Assembly: GCA_965262615.1 (NCBI GenBank)
Contig: OZ253545.1
Location: forward strand, 704,001-768,000
Reading direction: 5' to 3'
DNA from: Alphaproteobacteria bacterium
GTDB lineage: Bacteria; Pseudomonadota; Alphaproteobacteria; GM7ARS4; G965262615
Length of the DNA: 64,000 nucleotides
The notes under the pieces are model-generated. The model was given only the letters and a program-made list of their open reading frames with translations. It had not been told where the DNA came from and ran no database searches. Positions 19,923 to 29,127 of this stretch are shown one piece after another. The number at the start of each line of letters is the position of its first letter. Within the stretch, counting starts at the first letter, position 1. The position numbers and the translations under genes were made by a program.

Positions 19923-20956
19923 GTTTTTTTGCCTTTGAGTTTTTTATACCATGCGGTTTGGCGAATTCTGCGCTCGGGCGTTTTAATCATTTCACGCACC
20001 TGTTGGACGGGGACAGAGATTTTAGGCAGTTTTTGCCATTGGGGTGGACGCTTGACGGTTTGTTCAAAATGATTTTTGAGCTCAGAAACATACCAAATGT
20101 TAAGAGGTTCAAAGGTTTCAATACCGTGTTTTTCAATCATTTTCCAGACCTCATCCTTGCGCCAGTCGGGGGCGTTTTTTGGAAAAGGTGGTGGGGTTTG
20201 GTATCCTTGTCGCAGTTTTTTGGGCAGTGAGCGGGTGAGGACTTTTTGTCCGTGCAGGGCGGGGTCGTGGTAGAACTGATTGATGCGTTGGATGTGGCTT
20301 TTGTCAAATCGGGCGTTTTTGAACTCCTTCATGTGATACCATGCGTGTTGCCACAGGGCGCGTTGCCAAAAAGCCCAATGGAGATGCAGCAGGCAATAGG
20401 AGTCAGGGAGTTTTTGCGTGCGATCATGTGTCCTGTTGTGGGCGAAGCGTCCACTGTGTACCCACCGATGGTCGGCACATGCGCGCTCACGATCATCATA
20501 AAAAATCCATTGATGCCACACCGCGTGAAAAGGAAGCTTCCAGGGCAGGCAATAGGTGGTGGGACTCTGCCACAGACGCATCCAGATACTCTCAAATAAC
20601 ACCCCCTTGGTGTAACGGTTTGCGATGTATTCTTTGAAGTTGCGAAAGGCGGCTGGGGGGACAATTTCATCGGCATCAACGGCGAGGAGAAGGTTGTGTC
20701 CATCAAAGTTGCGGGCGGAATCCAATAAGAGATTGCGTCCCTGAGTGTCATAATTGCCATCGGCGGGGGGTGGCGGATTATCAATGAGGATGGCTTTGTT
20801 GCATTTTTTGATGATGGCACGGGTGTCATCGGTGCTGTGCTGGTCGGCGATGATGATGTGATCACAGACCTGAGCCAACGGCGGCAGGGTGTAGGGCAGG
20901 ATGTGTCCCTCATTGCGGGTGAGCATGAGTGCAATTGTTTTCATGGGGGTTTTCAT
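19919..20956 (-). CDS. GT2-like glycosyltransferase, array gene 7 (345 aa)
   Basis: Same motifs. Near-identical to gene 6 after the DADE region. Confidence 0.85.
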   Translation of the reverse strand: MKTPMKTIALMLTRNEGHILPYTLPPLAQVCDHIIIADQHSTDDTRAIIKKCNKAILIDNPPPPADGNYDTQGRNLLLDSARNFDGHNLLLAVDADEIVPPAAFRNFKEYIANRYTKGVLFESIWMRLWQSPTTYCLPWKLPFHAVWHQWIFYDDRERACADHRWVHSGRFAHNRTHDRTQKLPDSYCLLHLHWAFWQRALWQHAWYHMKEFKNARFDKSHIQRINQFYHDPALHGQKVLTRSLPKKLRQGYQTPPPFPKNAPDWRKDEVWKMIEKHGIETFEPLNIWYVSELKNHFEQTVKRPPQWQKLPKISVPVQQVREMIKTPERRIRQTAWYKKLKGKKT

Positions 20957-21978
20957 GTTTTTTTGCCTTTGAGTTTTTTATACCATGCGGTTTGACGAAT
21001 TCTGCGCTCGGGCGTTTTAATCATTTCACGCATCTGTTGGGTGGGGACGAAGATTTTTGGCAGTGGTTGCCATTGGGGTGGACGCTTGATGGTTTGTTCA
21101 AAATGATTTTTGAGCTCAGAAACATACCAAATGTTAAGAGGCTCAAAGGTTTCAATGCCGTGCTTTTCAATCATTTTCCAGACCTCATCCTTGCGCCAGT
21201 CAGGGGCGTTTTTTGGAAAAGGTGGTGGGGCTTGGTATCCTTGTCGCAGTTTTTTGGGCAGTGAGCGGGTGAGCACTTTTTGTCCGTGCAGGGCGGGGTC
21301 GTGGTAGAAATGATTGATGCGTTGGATGTGGCTTTTGTCAAATCGGGCGTTTTTGAACTCCATCATGTGATACCATGCGTGTTGCCACAGGGCGCGTTGC
21401 CAGAAAGCCCAATGAAGATGCAGCAGACAATAGGAGTCAGGGAGTTTTTGCGCGCGATCATGTGTCCTGTTGTAGGCGAAGCGTCCACTGTGTACCCACC
21501 GATGGTCGGCACATGTGCGCTCACGATCATCATAAAAAACCCACTGATTCCACACCGCGTGAAAGAGTGACTGCCATGGCGGACAGTAGGTGGTGGGACT
21601 CTGCCACAGACGCATCCAGATACCCTCAAATAACACCCCCTTAGTGTAACGGTTTGCGATGTATTCTTTGAAGTTGCGAAAGGCGGCTGGGGGGACAATT
21701 TCATCGGCATCAACGGCGAGGAGAAGGTTGTGTCCATCAAAGTTGCGGGCGGCATCAAGGAGGGATTGGCGCGATGAATCAAATCGCCCCTTTGGTGGCG
21801 GCGGGGCATTGTTGTCAATGAGGATGGCTTTGGTGCATTTTTTGATGATGGCACGGGTGTCATCAGTGCTGTGCTGGTCGGCAATGATGATATGGTCACA
21901 CAGGCGCGTGAGTGGTGGCAGGGTATACGGCAGCATATGTGCTTCATTGCGTACCTGCATGAGTCCGATGGTTTTCAT
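20953..21978 (-). CDS. GT2-like glycosyltransferase, array gene 6 (341 aa)
   Basis: Same motifs, ATGA overlaps. Confidence 0.85.
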   Translation of the reverse strand: MKTIGLMQVRNEAHMLPYTLPPLTRLCDHIIIADQHSTDDTRAIIKKCTKAILIDNNAPPPPKGRFDSSRQSLLDAARNFDGHNLLLAVDADEIVPPAAFRNFKEYIANRYTKGVLFEGIWMRLWQSPTTYCPPWQSLFHAVWNQWVFYDDRERTCADHRWVHSGRFAYNRTHDRAQKLPDSYCLLHLHWAFWQRALWQHAWYHMMEFKNARFDKSHIQRINHFYHDPALHGQKVLTRSLPKKLRQGYQAPPPFPKNAPDWRKDEVWKMIEKHGIETFEPLNIWYVSELKNHFEQTIKRPPQWQPLPKIFVPTQQMREMIKTPERRIRQTAWYKKLKGKKT

Positions 21979-23030
21979 GTCTTTTTGCCTTTGAGTTTTT
22001 TATACCATACGGTTTGGCGAATTCTACGCTCGGGAATTTTGATAGCGTCCCGCAGATTGTCAGTTCCAGTATCATGTTGCCATTGTCGCAATTGTCGCAA
22101 AGGGACATAGAATTGTGGCGGACGCTGCCATTGAGGCGGACGCTTCATCTCTTGTTCAAAGTATTCCTTGAGTTCAGAAACATACCAAATGTTAAGAGGC
22201 TCAAAGATTTCAATACCGTGTTTTTCAATCATTTTCCAGACCTCATCCTTGCGCCAGTCAGCGGCGTTTTTTGGAAAAGGTGGTGGGGCTTGGTATCCTT
22301 GTCGCAGTTTTTGCGGCAGTGAGCGGGTGAGGACTTTTTGTCCGTGCAGGGCGGGATCGTGGTAGAACTGATTGATGCGTTGGATGTGGCTTGTGTCAAA
22401 TCGGGCGTTTTTGAATTCCGTCATGTGATACCACGCCTGTTGCCACAGAGCGCGCTGCCAGAAAATCCAATGACAATGAAGAATGGGGACATTTCTCAGC
22501 AGGACGAGTCCTTGAGACAAATTGGGGGGCACTCGTCCGCTATGCACCCAGCATGTTAATGTGTACCGACATTGGCGGTCATCATAAAAAAATTTGGCGT
22601 GACGAGGAACATGAAAGTGATTGTGCCAAGAAAGACAGTACCGGGTGGATTTTTTCCACAGGCGCACCCAGTCGGTTATAAATCCCGTGCCTATTGTGTA
22701 ACGGGTGGCGATGCGCTCTTTGATATTGGCAAAGATGGCGGGCGGGGTGATTTCATCGGCATCAATGCACATGAGGAGATTGTGTCCGTCAAAGTTGCGG
22801 GCGGTGTCCAATAATAGATTGTGCCCTTGAACATGATAATTGCCATCAGGTGGTGATGGTGGATTATCAATGAGGATGGCTTTGGTGCATTTTTTGATGA
22901 TGGCGCGTGTGTTATCGGTGCTGTTCTGGTCGGCGATGATGATGTGATCACAGACCTGAGCCAGAGGCGGCAGGGTGTAGGGCAGAATATGCCCTTCATT
23001 GCGGGTGAGCATGAGTCCGATGGTTTTCAT
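21975..23030 (-). CDS. GT2-like glycosyltransferase, array gene 5 (351 aa)
   Basis: Same motifs, ATGA overlaps. Confidence 0.85.
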   Translation of the reverse strand: MKTIGLMLTRNEGHILPYTLPPLAQVCDHIIIADQNSTDNTRAIIKKCTKAILIDNPPSPPDGNYHVQGHNLLLDTARNFDGHNLLMCIDADEITPPAIFANIKERIATRYTIGTGFITDWVRLWKKSTRYCLSWHNHFHVPRHAKFFYDDRQCRYTLTCWVHSGRVPPNLSQGLVLLRNVPILHCHWIFWQRALWQQAWYHMTEFKNARFDTSHIQRINQFYHDPALHGQKVLTRSLPQKLRQGYQAPPPFPKNAADWRKDEVWKMIEKHGIEIFEPLNIWYVSELKEYFEQEMKRPPQWQRPPQFYVPLRQLRQWQHDTGTDNLRDAIKIPERRIRQTVWYKKLKGKKT

Positions 23031-24025
23031 GAATCAGAGCCTTCAGAGTCTTCGATGGCGTAGGACAATTGCGAAAGAGGTATATTTATTTCGGGTAGCC
23101 TCTGCCATTGAGGGGGACGCTTCATCTCTTGCTCAAAGTGTTCTTTGAGTTCAGGCACGAACCATATATCAAGAGGTTCAAAGGCTTTGATGCCGTATTG
23201 GTCAATCATTTTCCAGACATCATTTTTGCGCCAATTGAATTTGGGGTCATCACTGTTGTGTGGTGGCGGCTCATATCCCGTGCGCCATTCTTTCGACAGG
23301 CGGCGCGTGAGGATGAACTGACCATCAACAAGTGCATTATACGGTTGATAAAAGCGATTGATATCATCCACTCGTCCGGCATTAAATTGAGCATTTTTGA
23401 GTTCATGCATGAGATACCATGCCTGTTGCCAACGCGCCTTTTCTAAAAAAATCCAATGGAAGTGAAGCAGGCTGTAACGACGAGGAAGAGTGGCGTCAAG
23501 TGATGGAGGTGTCGGCAGGCGTCCGCTATGCACCCATTTGCTGTTTTGATACTGGCATTGGCGATTGTCATACAGGATCCAAGCCACGAGACAAGGTTGC
23601 GGGAAGCCTTCAGACGACACATAGGGCGAAAAATAGCGAGAGGTTTTTTTCCAGATGAGCAACCACGGTGTGGTAAACTTCATGCCAACGGGATAGTGGT
23701 CAAGGATGTCTTCTTTGAGATGGCAAAAGACGGCGGGGGGAGCTATTTCATCGGCATCAATCATAAGGAGCAGATTGTTGCCATCAAAGTTGCGGGCGGC
23801 ATCCAATAAGAGATTGCGTCCTTGAGTCTCATAGTTGCCATCGGTTGGTGATGGCGGATTATCAATGAGAATGGCTTTGGTGCATTTTTTGATGACGGTG
23901 CGCGTGTCATCGGTGCTGTGCTGGTCGGCGATGATGATGTGATCACAGACTTGAGCCAGCGGCGGCAGCGTGTAGGGCAGAATATGACCCTCATTGCGGG
24001 TGAGCATGAGTCCGATGGTTTTCAT
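23027..24025 (-). CDS. GT2-like glycosyltransferase, array gene 4 (332 aa; lacks basic tail)
   Basis: Start reassigned to MKTIG at 24025 (ATGA overlap). Ends in acidic EDSEGSDS. Confidence 0.85.
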   Translation of the reverse strand: MKTIGLMLTRNEGHILPYTLPPLAQVCDHIIIADQHSTDDTRTVIKKCTKAILIDNPPSPTDGNYETQGRNLLLDAARNFDGNNLLLMIDADEIAPPAVFCHLKEDILDHYPVGMKFTTPWLLIWKKTSRYFSPYVSSEGFPQPCLVAWILYDNRQCQYQNSKWVHSGRLPTPPSLDATLPRRYSLLHFHWIFLEKARWQQAWYLMHELKNAQFNAGRVDDINRFYQPYNALVDGQFILTRRLSKEWRTGYEPPPHNSDDPKFNWRKNDVWKMIDQYGIKAFEPLDIWFVPELKEHFEQEMKRPPQWQRLPEINIPLSQLSYAIEDSEGSDS

Positions 24026-25188
24026 GTTTTTTTGCCTTTGAGTTTTTTGTACCATGTGGTTTGGCGAATTTTGCGCTCGGGTTTTTTGATGGCTTCCCGC
24101 AGCTTTTTCCGTCTCGTTTCCCATTGGATGGCTTCCCGCAGCTTTTTCCGTTTCGCTTCCCATTGGATGGCTTCTCGCAGCTTTTCCCGTCTCGCTTCCC
24201 ATTGGGTTGCGTGGGACAATTGCGACAGAGGCAAGTTTATTTTGGGCAGCCTCTGCCATTGAGGCGGACGCTTCATCTCTTGCTCAAAGTGTTCTTTGAG
24301 TTCAGGGACAAACCATATATCAAGAGGTTCAAAGGCTTTGATGCCGTATTGGTCGATCAGTTTCCAGACATCACTTTTGCGCCAATTGAGTTTGGGGTCA
24401 TCACTGTTGTGTGGTGGCGGTTTGTATCCTGTGCGCCATTCTTTCGGCAGGCGGCGCGTGAAGGTAATCTGACGGTCAAAAAGTGTATTATACGGCTGAT
24501 ACATGCGATTGATTTCATCCACTCGGTCTCCATCAAATTGGACATTTTTGAGTTCATGCATGAGATACCATGCCTGTTGCCAACGCGCCTTTTCTAAAAA
24601 AATCCAATGGAAGTGAAGCAGGCTGTAACGAGGAGGAAGAGTGGTGTTCTTTGGTGGAGGGGTCGGCAGGCGTCCGCTATGCACCCATTTGCTGTCTTGA
24701 TACTGGCATTGGCGATTATCATACAAGATCCAAGCCACGAGACGAGGTTGCAACAAGCCTTCAGGCGACACATAGGGCAAAAAATAGCGAGAGGTTTTTT
24801 TCCAGATGAGCAACCACGGTGTGACAAACTTCATGCCAACGGGATAGTGGTCGTGAATGTCTTCTTTGAGATGGCAAAAGACGGCGGGCGGAGCAATTTC
24901 ATCGGCATCAATCATAAGGAGCAGATTGTTGCCATCAAAGTTGCGGGCGGCATCCAATAAGAGATTGCGTCCCTGAGTCTCATAATTGCCATCGGTTGGT
25001 GATGGCGGATTGTCAATGAGGATGGCTTTGGTGCATTTTTTGATGATGGCGCGGGTGTCATCGGTGCTGTTCTGGTCGGCGATGATGATGTGGTCACAGA
25101 CTTGAGCCAGCGGCGGCAGCGTGTAGGGCAGAATATGACCCTCATTGCGGGTGAGCATGAGTGCAATTGTTTTCATGGGGGTTTTCAT
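24022..25188 (-). CDS. GT2-like glycosyltransferase, array gene 3 (388 aa)
   Basis: Start reassigned to MKTPMKT at 25188. Has C-terminal 13-aa repeats. Confidence 0.85.
   Translation of the reverse strand: MKTPMKTIALMLTRNEGHILPYTLPPLAQVCDHIIIADQNSTDDTRAIIKKCTKAILIDNPPSPTDGNYETQGRNLLLDAARNFDGNNLLLMIDADEIAPPAVFCHLKEDIHDHYPVGMKFVTPWLLIWKKTSRYFLPYVSPEGLLQPRLVAWILYDNRQCQYQDSKWVHSGRLPTPPPKNTTLPPRYSLLHFHWIFLEKARWQQAWYLMHELKNVQFDGDRVDEINRMYQPYNTLFDRQITFTRRLPKEWRTGYKPPPHNSDDPKLNWRKSDVWKLIDQYGIKAFEPLDIWFVPELKEHFEQEMKRPPQWQRLPKINLPLSQLSHATQWEARREKLREAIQWEAKRKKLREAIQWETRRKKLREAIKKPERKIRQTTWYKKLKGKKT
24088..24204 (-). repeat. 3 x 39-bp coding tandem repeat (QWEARREKLREAI)
   Basis: Units start at 24088, 24127 and 24166. 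Confidence 0.93.
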
Positions 25189-26240
25189 GATGGTTTGCCT
25201 TTGAGTTTTTTGTACCATGTGGTTTGGCGAATTTTGCGCTCAGGTTTTTTGATGGTTTCGCGCCAATCTTTCCATTGGATTTGCGGTCGGATGGCGTGGG
25301 ACAATTGCGACAGAGGCAAGTTTATTTTGGGCAGCCTTTGCCATTGAGGCGGACGCTTCATCTCTTGCTCAAAGCGTTCTTTGAGTTCAGGCACGAACCA
25401 TATATCAAGAGGTTCAAAGGCTTTGATGCCGTATTGGTCAATCAGTTTCCAGACATCACTTTTGCGCCAATTGAATTCGGGGTCATCACTGTTGTGTGGT
25501 GGTAGTTCATATCCTGTGCGCCATTTTCTTGGCAGGCGGCGCGTGAAGGTAATCTGACGGTCAAAAAGTGTATTATACGGCTGATACATGCGATTGATTT
25601 CATCCGCTCGTCCGATATCAAATTGAGCATTTTTGAGTTCATGCATGAGATACCATGCCTGTTGCCAACGCGCCTTTTCTAAAAAAAGCCAATGGAAATG
25701 AAGCAGGATGTAACGACGAAGAGTCGTTGTCGGTAATAGAGGGAGGCGTCCACTATGCACCCATTTTATGGCTTGATACTGACATTGACGATCGTCATAC
25801 AAAATACAATTAATGACATGAGGTTGCAGGCGGCGTGCGGGCAAAAAATAGCGAGAGGTTTTTTTCCAGATGGTGACCCAAGTCGTGGCAAATCTCGCAC
25901 CAATGGGATAGCGGTCGTGAATGTGCTCTTTGATGTCGCAAAAGACCGCGGGCGGAGCGATTTCATCGGCATCAGTGGCGAGGAGCAGATTGTGTCCATC
26001 AAAGTTGCGGGCGGCATCCAATAAGAGACTGCGCCCTTGCGTGTCGTAATTGCCATCAGGTGGTGAGGGGGGATTATCAATGAGGATGGCTTTGGTGCAT
26101 TTTTTGATGACGGCGCGCGTGTCATCGGTGCTGTTCTGGTCGGCGATGATGATGTGATCACAGACTTGAGCCAGCGGCGGCAGCGTGTAGGGCAGAATAT
26201 GCCCCTCATTGCGGGTGAGCATGAGTCCGATTGTTTTCAT
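25185..26240 (-). CDS. GT2-like glycosyltransferase, array gene 2 (351 aa)
   Basis: Start reassigned to MKTIG at 26240 (ATGA overlap). Confidence 0.85.
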   Translation of the reverse strand: MKTIGLMLTRNEGHILPYTLPPLAQVCDHIIIADQNSTDDTRAVIKKCTKAILIDNPPSPPDGNYDTQGRSLLLDAARNFDGHNLLLATDADEIAPPAVFCDIKEHIHDRYPIGARFATTWVTIWKKTSRYFLPARRLQPHVINCILYDDRQCQYQAIKWVHSGRLPLLPTTTLRRYILLHFHWLFLEKARWQQAWYLMHELKNAQFDIGRADEINRMYQPYNTLFDRQITFTRRLPRKWRTGYELPPHNSDDPEFNWRKSDVWKLIDQYGIKAFEPLDIWFVPELKERFEQEMKRPPQWQRLPKINLPLSQLSHAIRPQIQWKDWRETIKKPERKIRQTTWYKKLKGKPS

Positions 26241-27502
26241 GTTTTTTTGCCTTTGAGTTTTTTGTACCATGTGGTTTGGCGGATTCTGTGCTGGAACGCT
26301 TTGAGGTCTGGGCGGACTATGCGCACGATCGCTTTGAGGGTTGGACGCATTCTGCGTTCGAACGCTCTGAGGTCTGGGCGGACTATGCGTCCGATCGCTT
26401 TGAGGGTTTGGCGGATTTTGCGTCCGAACGCTTTGAGGTCTGGGTGGACTATGCGTCCGATCGCTTTGAGGATTGGACGCATTTTGCGCTCGGGCGTTTT
26501 GATAACCTCCTTGAGAGAATCCTTGAGATCATCCCACAGATTTTCAGTTCCAGTATGATGTTGCAATTGATGCAAGGGGACATAGAATTGTGGCGGACGC
26601 TGCCATTGAGGCGGACGCTTGATGGTTTGTTCAAAATGATTTTTGAGTTCGGGAACATACCAAATGTTAAGAGGCTCAAAGGTTTCAGTGCCGTATTTGT
26701 CAATCATTTGCCAGATTTCATCCTTGCGCCAGTTGGGTGCATTATCTGGATATGGTGGTGGCGGCTGGTATCCTTGTCGCAGTCTTTGAGGCAGAGAGCG
26801 GGTGATGACTTTTTGTCCGTGCAAGGCGGGGTCGCTGTAGAACCGATTGATGCGGTGGATGTGGCTTTTGTCAAATCGGGCGTTTTTGAATTCCATCATG
26901 TGATACCATGCGTGTTGCCACAAGGCGCGTTGCCAAAAAACCCAATGGAAATGCAAAATCTCAAAGTGAGGCAGATAATGACACGCTTCATAGGGTGTCG
27001 GAATGGACCCGCCATGCACCCAAGAGCTTTTTCCATGGTGATACTGACGATCATCGTAAAAAAATTTAGCGTGGCGAATGGAGTGGAAGATATGGTTCCA
27101 GGGAGGACAGTATCGTGTGTTTTTTTTCCACAATCGTACCCAATCTATTTGAAATCCTGTGCCTATTTTGTAACGGCTTGCGATGTATTCTTTAAGATCA
27201 CGAAAGATGTTGGGCGGCGCGATTTCATCGGCATCAATGCAAACAATGAGATTGTTTCCGTCAAAGTTGCGGGCGGTGTCCAATAATAGATTGCGCCCTT
27301 GGGTGTCGTAGTTGCCATCGGGTGGTGAGGGTGGATTATCAATGAGGATGGCTTTGGTGCATTTTTTGATGATGGCGCGGGTGTCATCGGTGCTGTGCTG
27401 GTCGGCAATGATGATGTGATCACAGATTTGAGCCAAAGGCGGCAGGGTGTAGGGCAGAAGATGCTCCTCATTGCGAGTGAGCATGAGTCCAATGGTTTTC
27501 AT
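26237..27502 (-). CDS. GT2-like glycosyltransferase, array gene 1 (421 aa)
   Basis: Same motifs. Has C-terminal 11/22-aa repeats. Confidence 0.87.
   Translation of the reverse strand: MKTIGLMLTRNEEHLLPYTLPPLAQICDHIIIADQHSTDDTRAIIKKCTKAILIDNPPSPPDGNYDTQGRNLLLDTARNFDGNNLIVCIDADEIAPPNIFRDLKEYIASRYKIGTGFQIDWVRLWKKNTRYCPPWNHIFHSIRHAKFFYDDRQYHHGKSSWVHGGSIPTPYEACHYLPHFEILHFHWVFWQRALWQHAWYHMMEFKNARFDKSHIHRINRFYSDPALHGQKVITRSLPQRLRQGYQPPPPYPDNAPNWRKDEIWQMIDKYGTETFEPLNIWYVPELKNHFEQTIKRPPQWQRPPQFYVPLHQLQHHTGTENLWDDLKDSLKEVIKTPERKMRPILKAIGRIVHPDLKAFGRKIRQTLKAIGRIVRPDLRAFERRMRPTLKAIVRIVRPDLKAFQHRIRQTTWYKKLKGKKT
26291..26488 (-). repeat. 3 x 66-bp (6 x 33-bp) coding tandem repeat
   Basis: [66 protein letters not shown]. 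Confidence 0.93.
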
Positions 27503-27508
27503 TTTGCA

Positions 27509-27537
27509 TTATTATGGGAGTTTTTTTTTCTTGTCAA
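27509..27537 (-). promoter_or_regulatory. Sigma70-like promoter of the GT operon with an A9 tract in the spacer
   Basis: Minus strand reads TTGACA AGAAAAAAAAACTCCCA (17 nt) TAATAA TGCAAA ATG. Confidence 0.6.
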
Positions 27538-27578
27538 TGTTTCTTGACAGTGGCGAGGGGTTCATGTTTCATGCTGTT

Positions 27579-28610
27579 ATGGACAAGAAGGAAGCACTGA
27601 AGGCGGCGATTGAGCAGATTGAGCGCGCCCACGGCAAGGGCTCGGTGATGCGGATGGGAGATGAGGGGGCGGCATCTGATTTGGAGGTGATTTCAACGGG
27701 CTGTTTGAGTTTGGACATTGCTCTGGGCACGGGAGGATTGCCGCGCGGGCGGGTGGTTGAGATCTACGGTCCCGAGTCATCTGGCAAGACCACATTGGCG
27801 TTGCATGTGGTGGCGGAGGCTCAGAAGGCGGGTGGTTCGTGTGCGTTTATTGATGCGGAACATGCACTGGACTCATCCTATGCGGAGAAGTTGGGTATTA
27901 ACATTGAGGATTTGCTGCTGTCACAGCCTGATTCGGGCGAGCAGGCACTGGAAATTGCCGACACACTGGTGCGCTCTGGTGGTGTGGATGTTGTGGTGGT
28001 GGATTCTGTGGCGGCACTGGTGCCACGGGCGGAATTGGAAGGCGAGATGGGCGATGTTCACATGGGATTGCATGCTCGCTTGATGAGTCAAGCATTGCGT
28101 AAGTTGGCGGGCTCGGTGGCGCGCTCCCATTGCGTGTTGATCTTCATCAATCAGACGCGCGTCAAGATTGGCGTGATGTTTGGCAATCCAGAGACCACCA
28201 CGGGCGGCATGGCGCTCAAGTTTTATTCATCGGTGCGCATTGAGATCAGACGCATTGGCGCAATCAAGGATAGGGACATGGTGACGGGAAATCAGACGCG
28301 CGCCAAGATTGTGAAGAATAAGCTGGCGCCGCCATTTCGCACGGTGGAGTTTGATATTATTTATGGTGAGGGAATCTCCAAGATGGGCAATCTGCTTGAT
28401 TTGGGTGTGGCGTTGGATATTGTTGAGAAATCGGGAGCGTGGTATTCCTATAGCGGCGAGCGCATTGGTCAGGGACGAGACAATGCCAAGAGGTATCTGG
28501 CGGACAATGAATCGGTTGCTCGCGCCATTGAGGCTGCCATTTATGAGAAATCGGGTTTGAAGTCATCCAAGTCTGGAGCGATGTCATCTCACAAACAAAA
28601 GGCGGGTTGA
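27579..28610 (+). CDS. recA: Recombinase RecA
   Basis: [28 protein letters not shown] and ALKFYSSVR. Start reassigned to MDKKEAL. Confidence 0.99.
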   Translation: MDKKEALKAAIEQIERAHGKGSVMRMGDEGAASDLEVISTGCLSLDIALGTGGLPRGRVVEIYGPESSGKTTLALHVVAEAQKAGGSCAFIDAEHALDSSYAEKLGINIEDLLLSQPDSGEQALEIADTLVRSGGVDVVVVDSVAALVPRAELEGEMGDVHMGLHARLMSQALRKLAGSVARSHCVLIFINQTRVKIGVMFGNPETTTGGMALKFYSSVRIEIRRIGAIKDRDMVTGNQTRAKIVKNKLAPPFRTVEFDIIYGEGISKMGNLLDLGVALDIVEKSGAWYSYSGERIGQGRDNAKRYLADNESVARAIEAAIYEKSGLKSSKSGAMSSHKQKAG

Positions 28611-28626
28611 GGGCGATTGTGGCACG

Positions 28627-29127
28627 ATGGCAGGGCGGCAGGAGCGCGTGGATGAGATTATTCGTCCCATTGTTGAGTCGTTGGGCTATCGTTTGGTGCG
28701 ATTGATGGTGGAGCGGGGACGGCTGCAGGTGATGGCGGAGCATCAAGATTATCGTTCCATCGGACTTGAAGATTGTGTGCGTATCAGCCATAGTGTCTCG
28801 GCGGTATTGGACGCGGACGACATTATTCCAGAGTCTTACGATTTGGAGGTGTCTTCTTGCGGTGAGGAGCGACCTTTGTCTGTTTTTGGAGATGTGTCGT
28901 TTTTCATTGGCAGGGAGGCGGTGTTTGTCGTGAGGCAAGCCGACACCACACGCCGCTGGCGCGGTGTCATTGCGGGTGTCACGCAAGAGGAACAGACGGT
29001 GCAACTCTTGCTTTGTGATGGTTCTGAATTATATCATGATGTGCGGTGGCATGAGGTGACGAAGGCACATTTGCTGGCAATTGGCAAAAAACCGCAGGGT
29101 GGCAACAAAAAGAAGAAGAGGAAATGA
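28627..29127 (+). CDS. rimP: Ribosome maturation factor RimP
   Basis: EDCVRISHSVSAVLD...YDLEVSS.GEERPL, upstream of nusA. Confidence 0.92.
   Translation: MAGRQERVDEIIRPIVESLGYRLVRLMVERGRLQVMAEHQDYRSIGLEDCVRISHSVSAVLDADDIIPESYDLEVSSCGEERPLSVFGDVSFFIGREAVFVVRQADTTRRWRGVIAGVTQEEQTVQLLLCDGSELYHDVRWHEVTKAHLLAIGKKPQGGNKKKKRK

Noticed and set aside
17938-26270. Long N-terminal extensions of GT ORFs in the ORF track (starts 18996, 24259, 25218, 26270)
   Set aside because: They overlap the upstream paralog. Internal MK(T/L) starts give exact ATGA coupling and align with the other copies.
16946-27502. Diversity-generating retroelement, shufflon or integron as the cause of GT diversity
   Set aside because: No reverse transcriptase, invertase, integrase, attC sites or inverted recombination sites are visible. 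Differences are not adenine-restricted.
27540-27580. Alphaproteobacterial LexA box (GTTC-N7-GTTC) upstream of recA
   Set aside because: Only one GTTC is present, and the second half-site reads ATGC.
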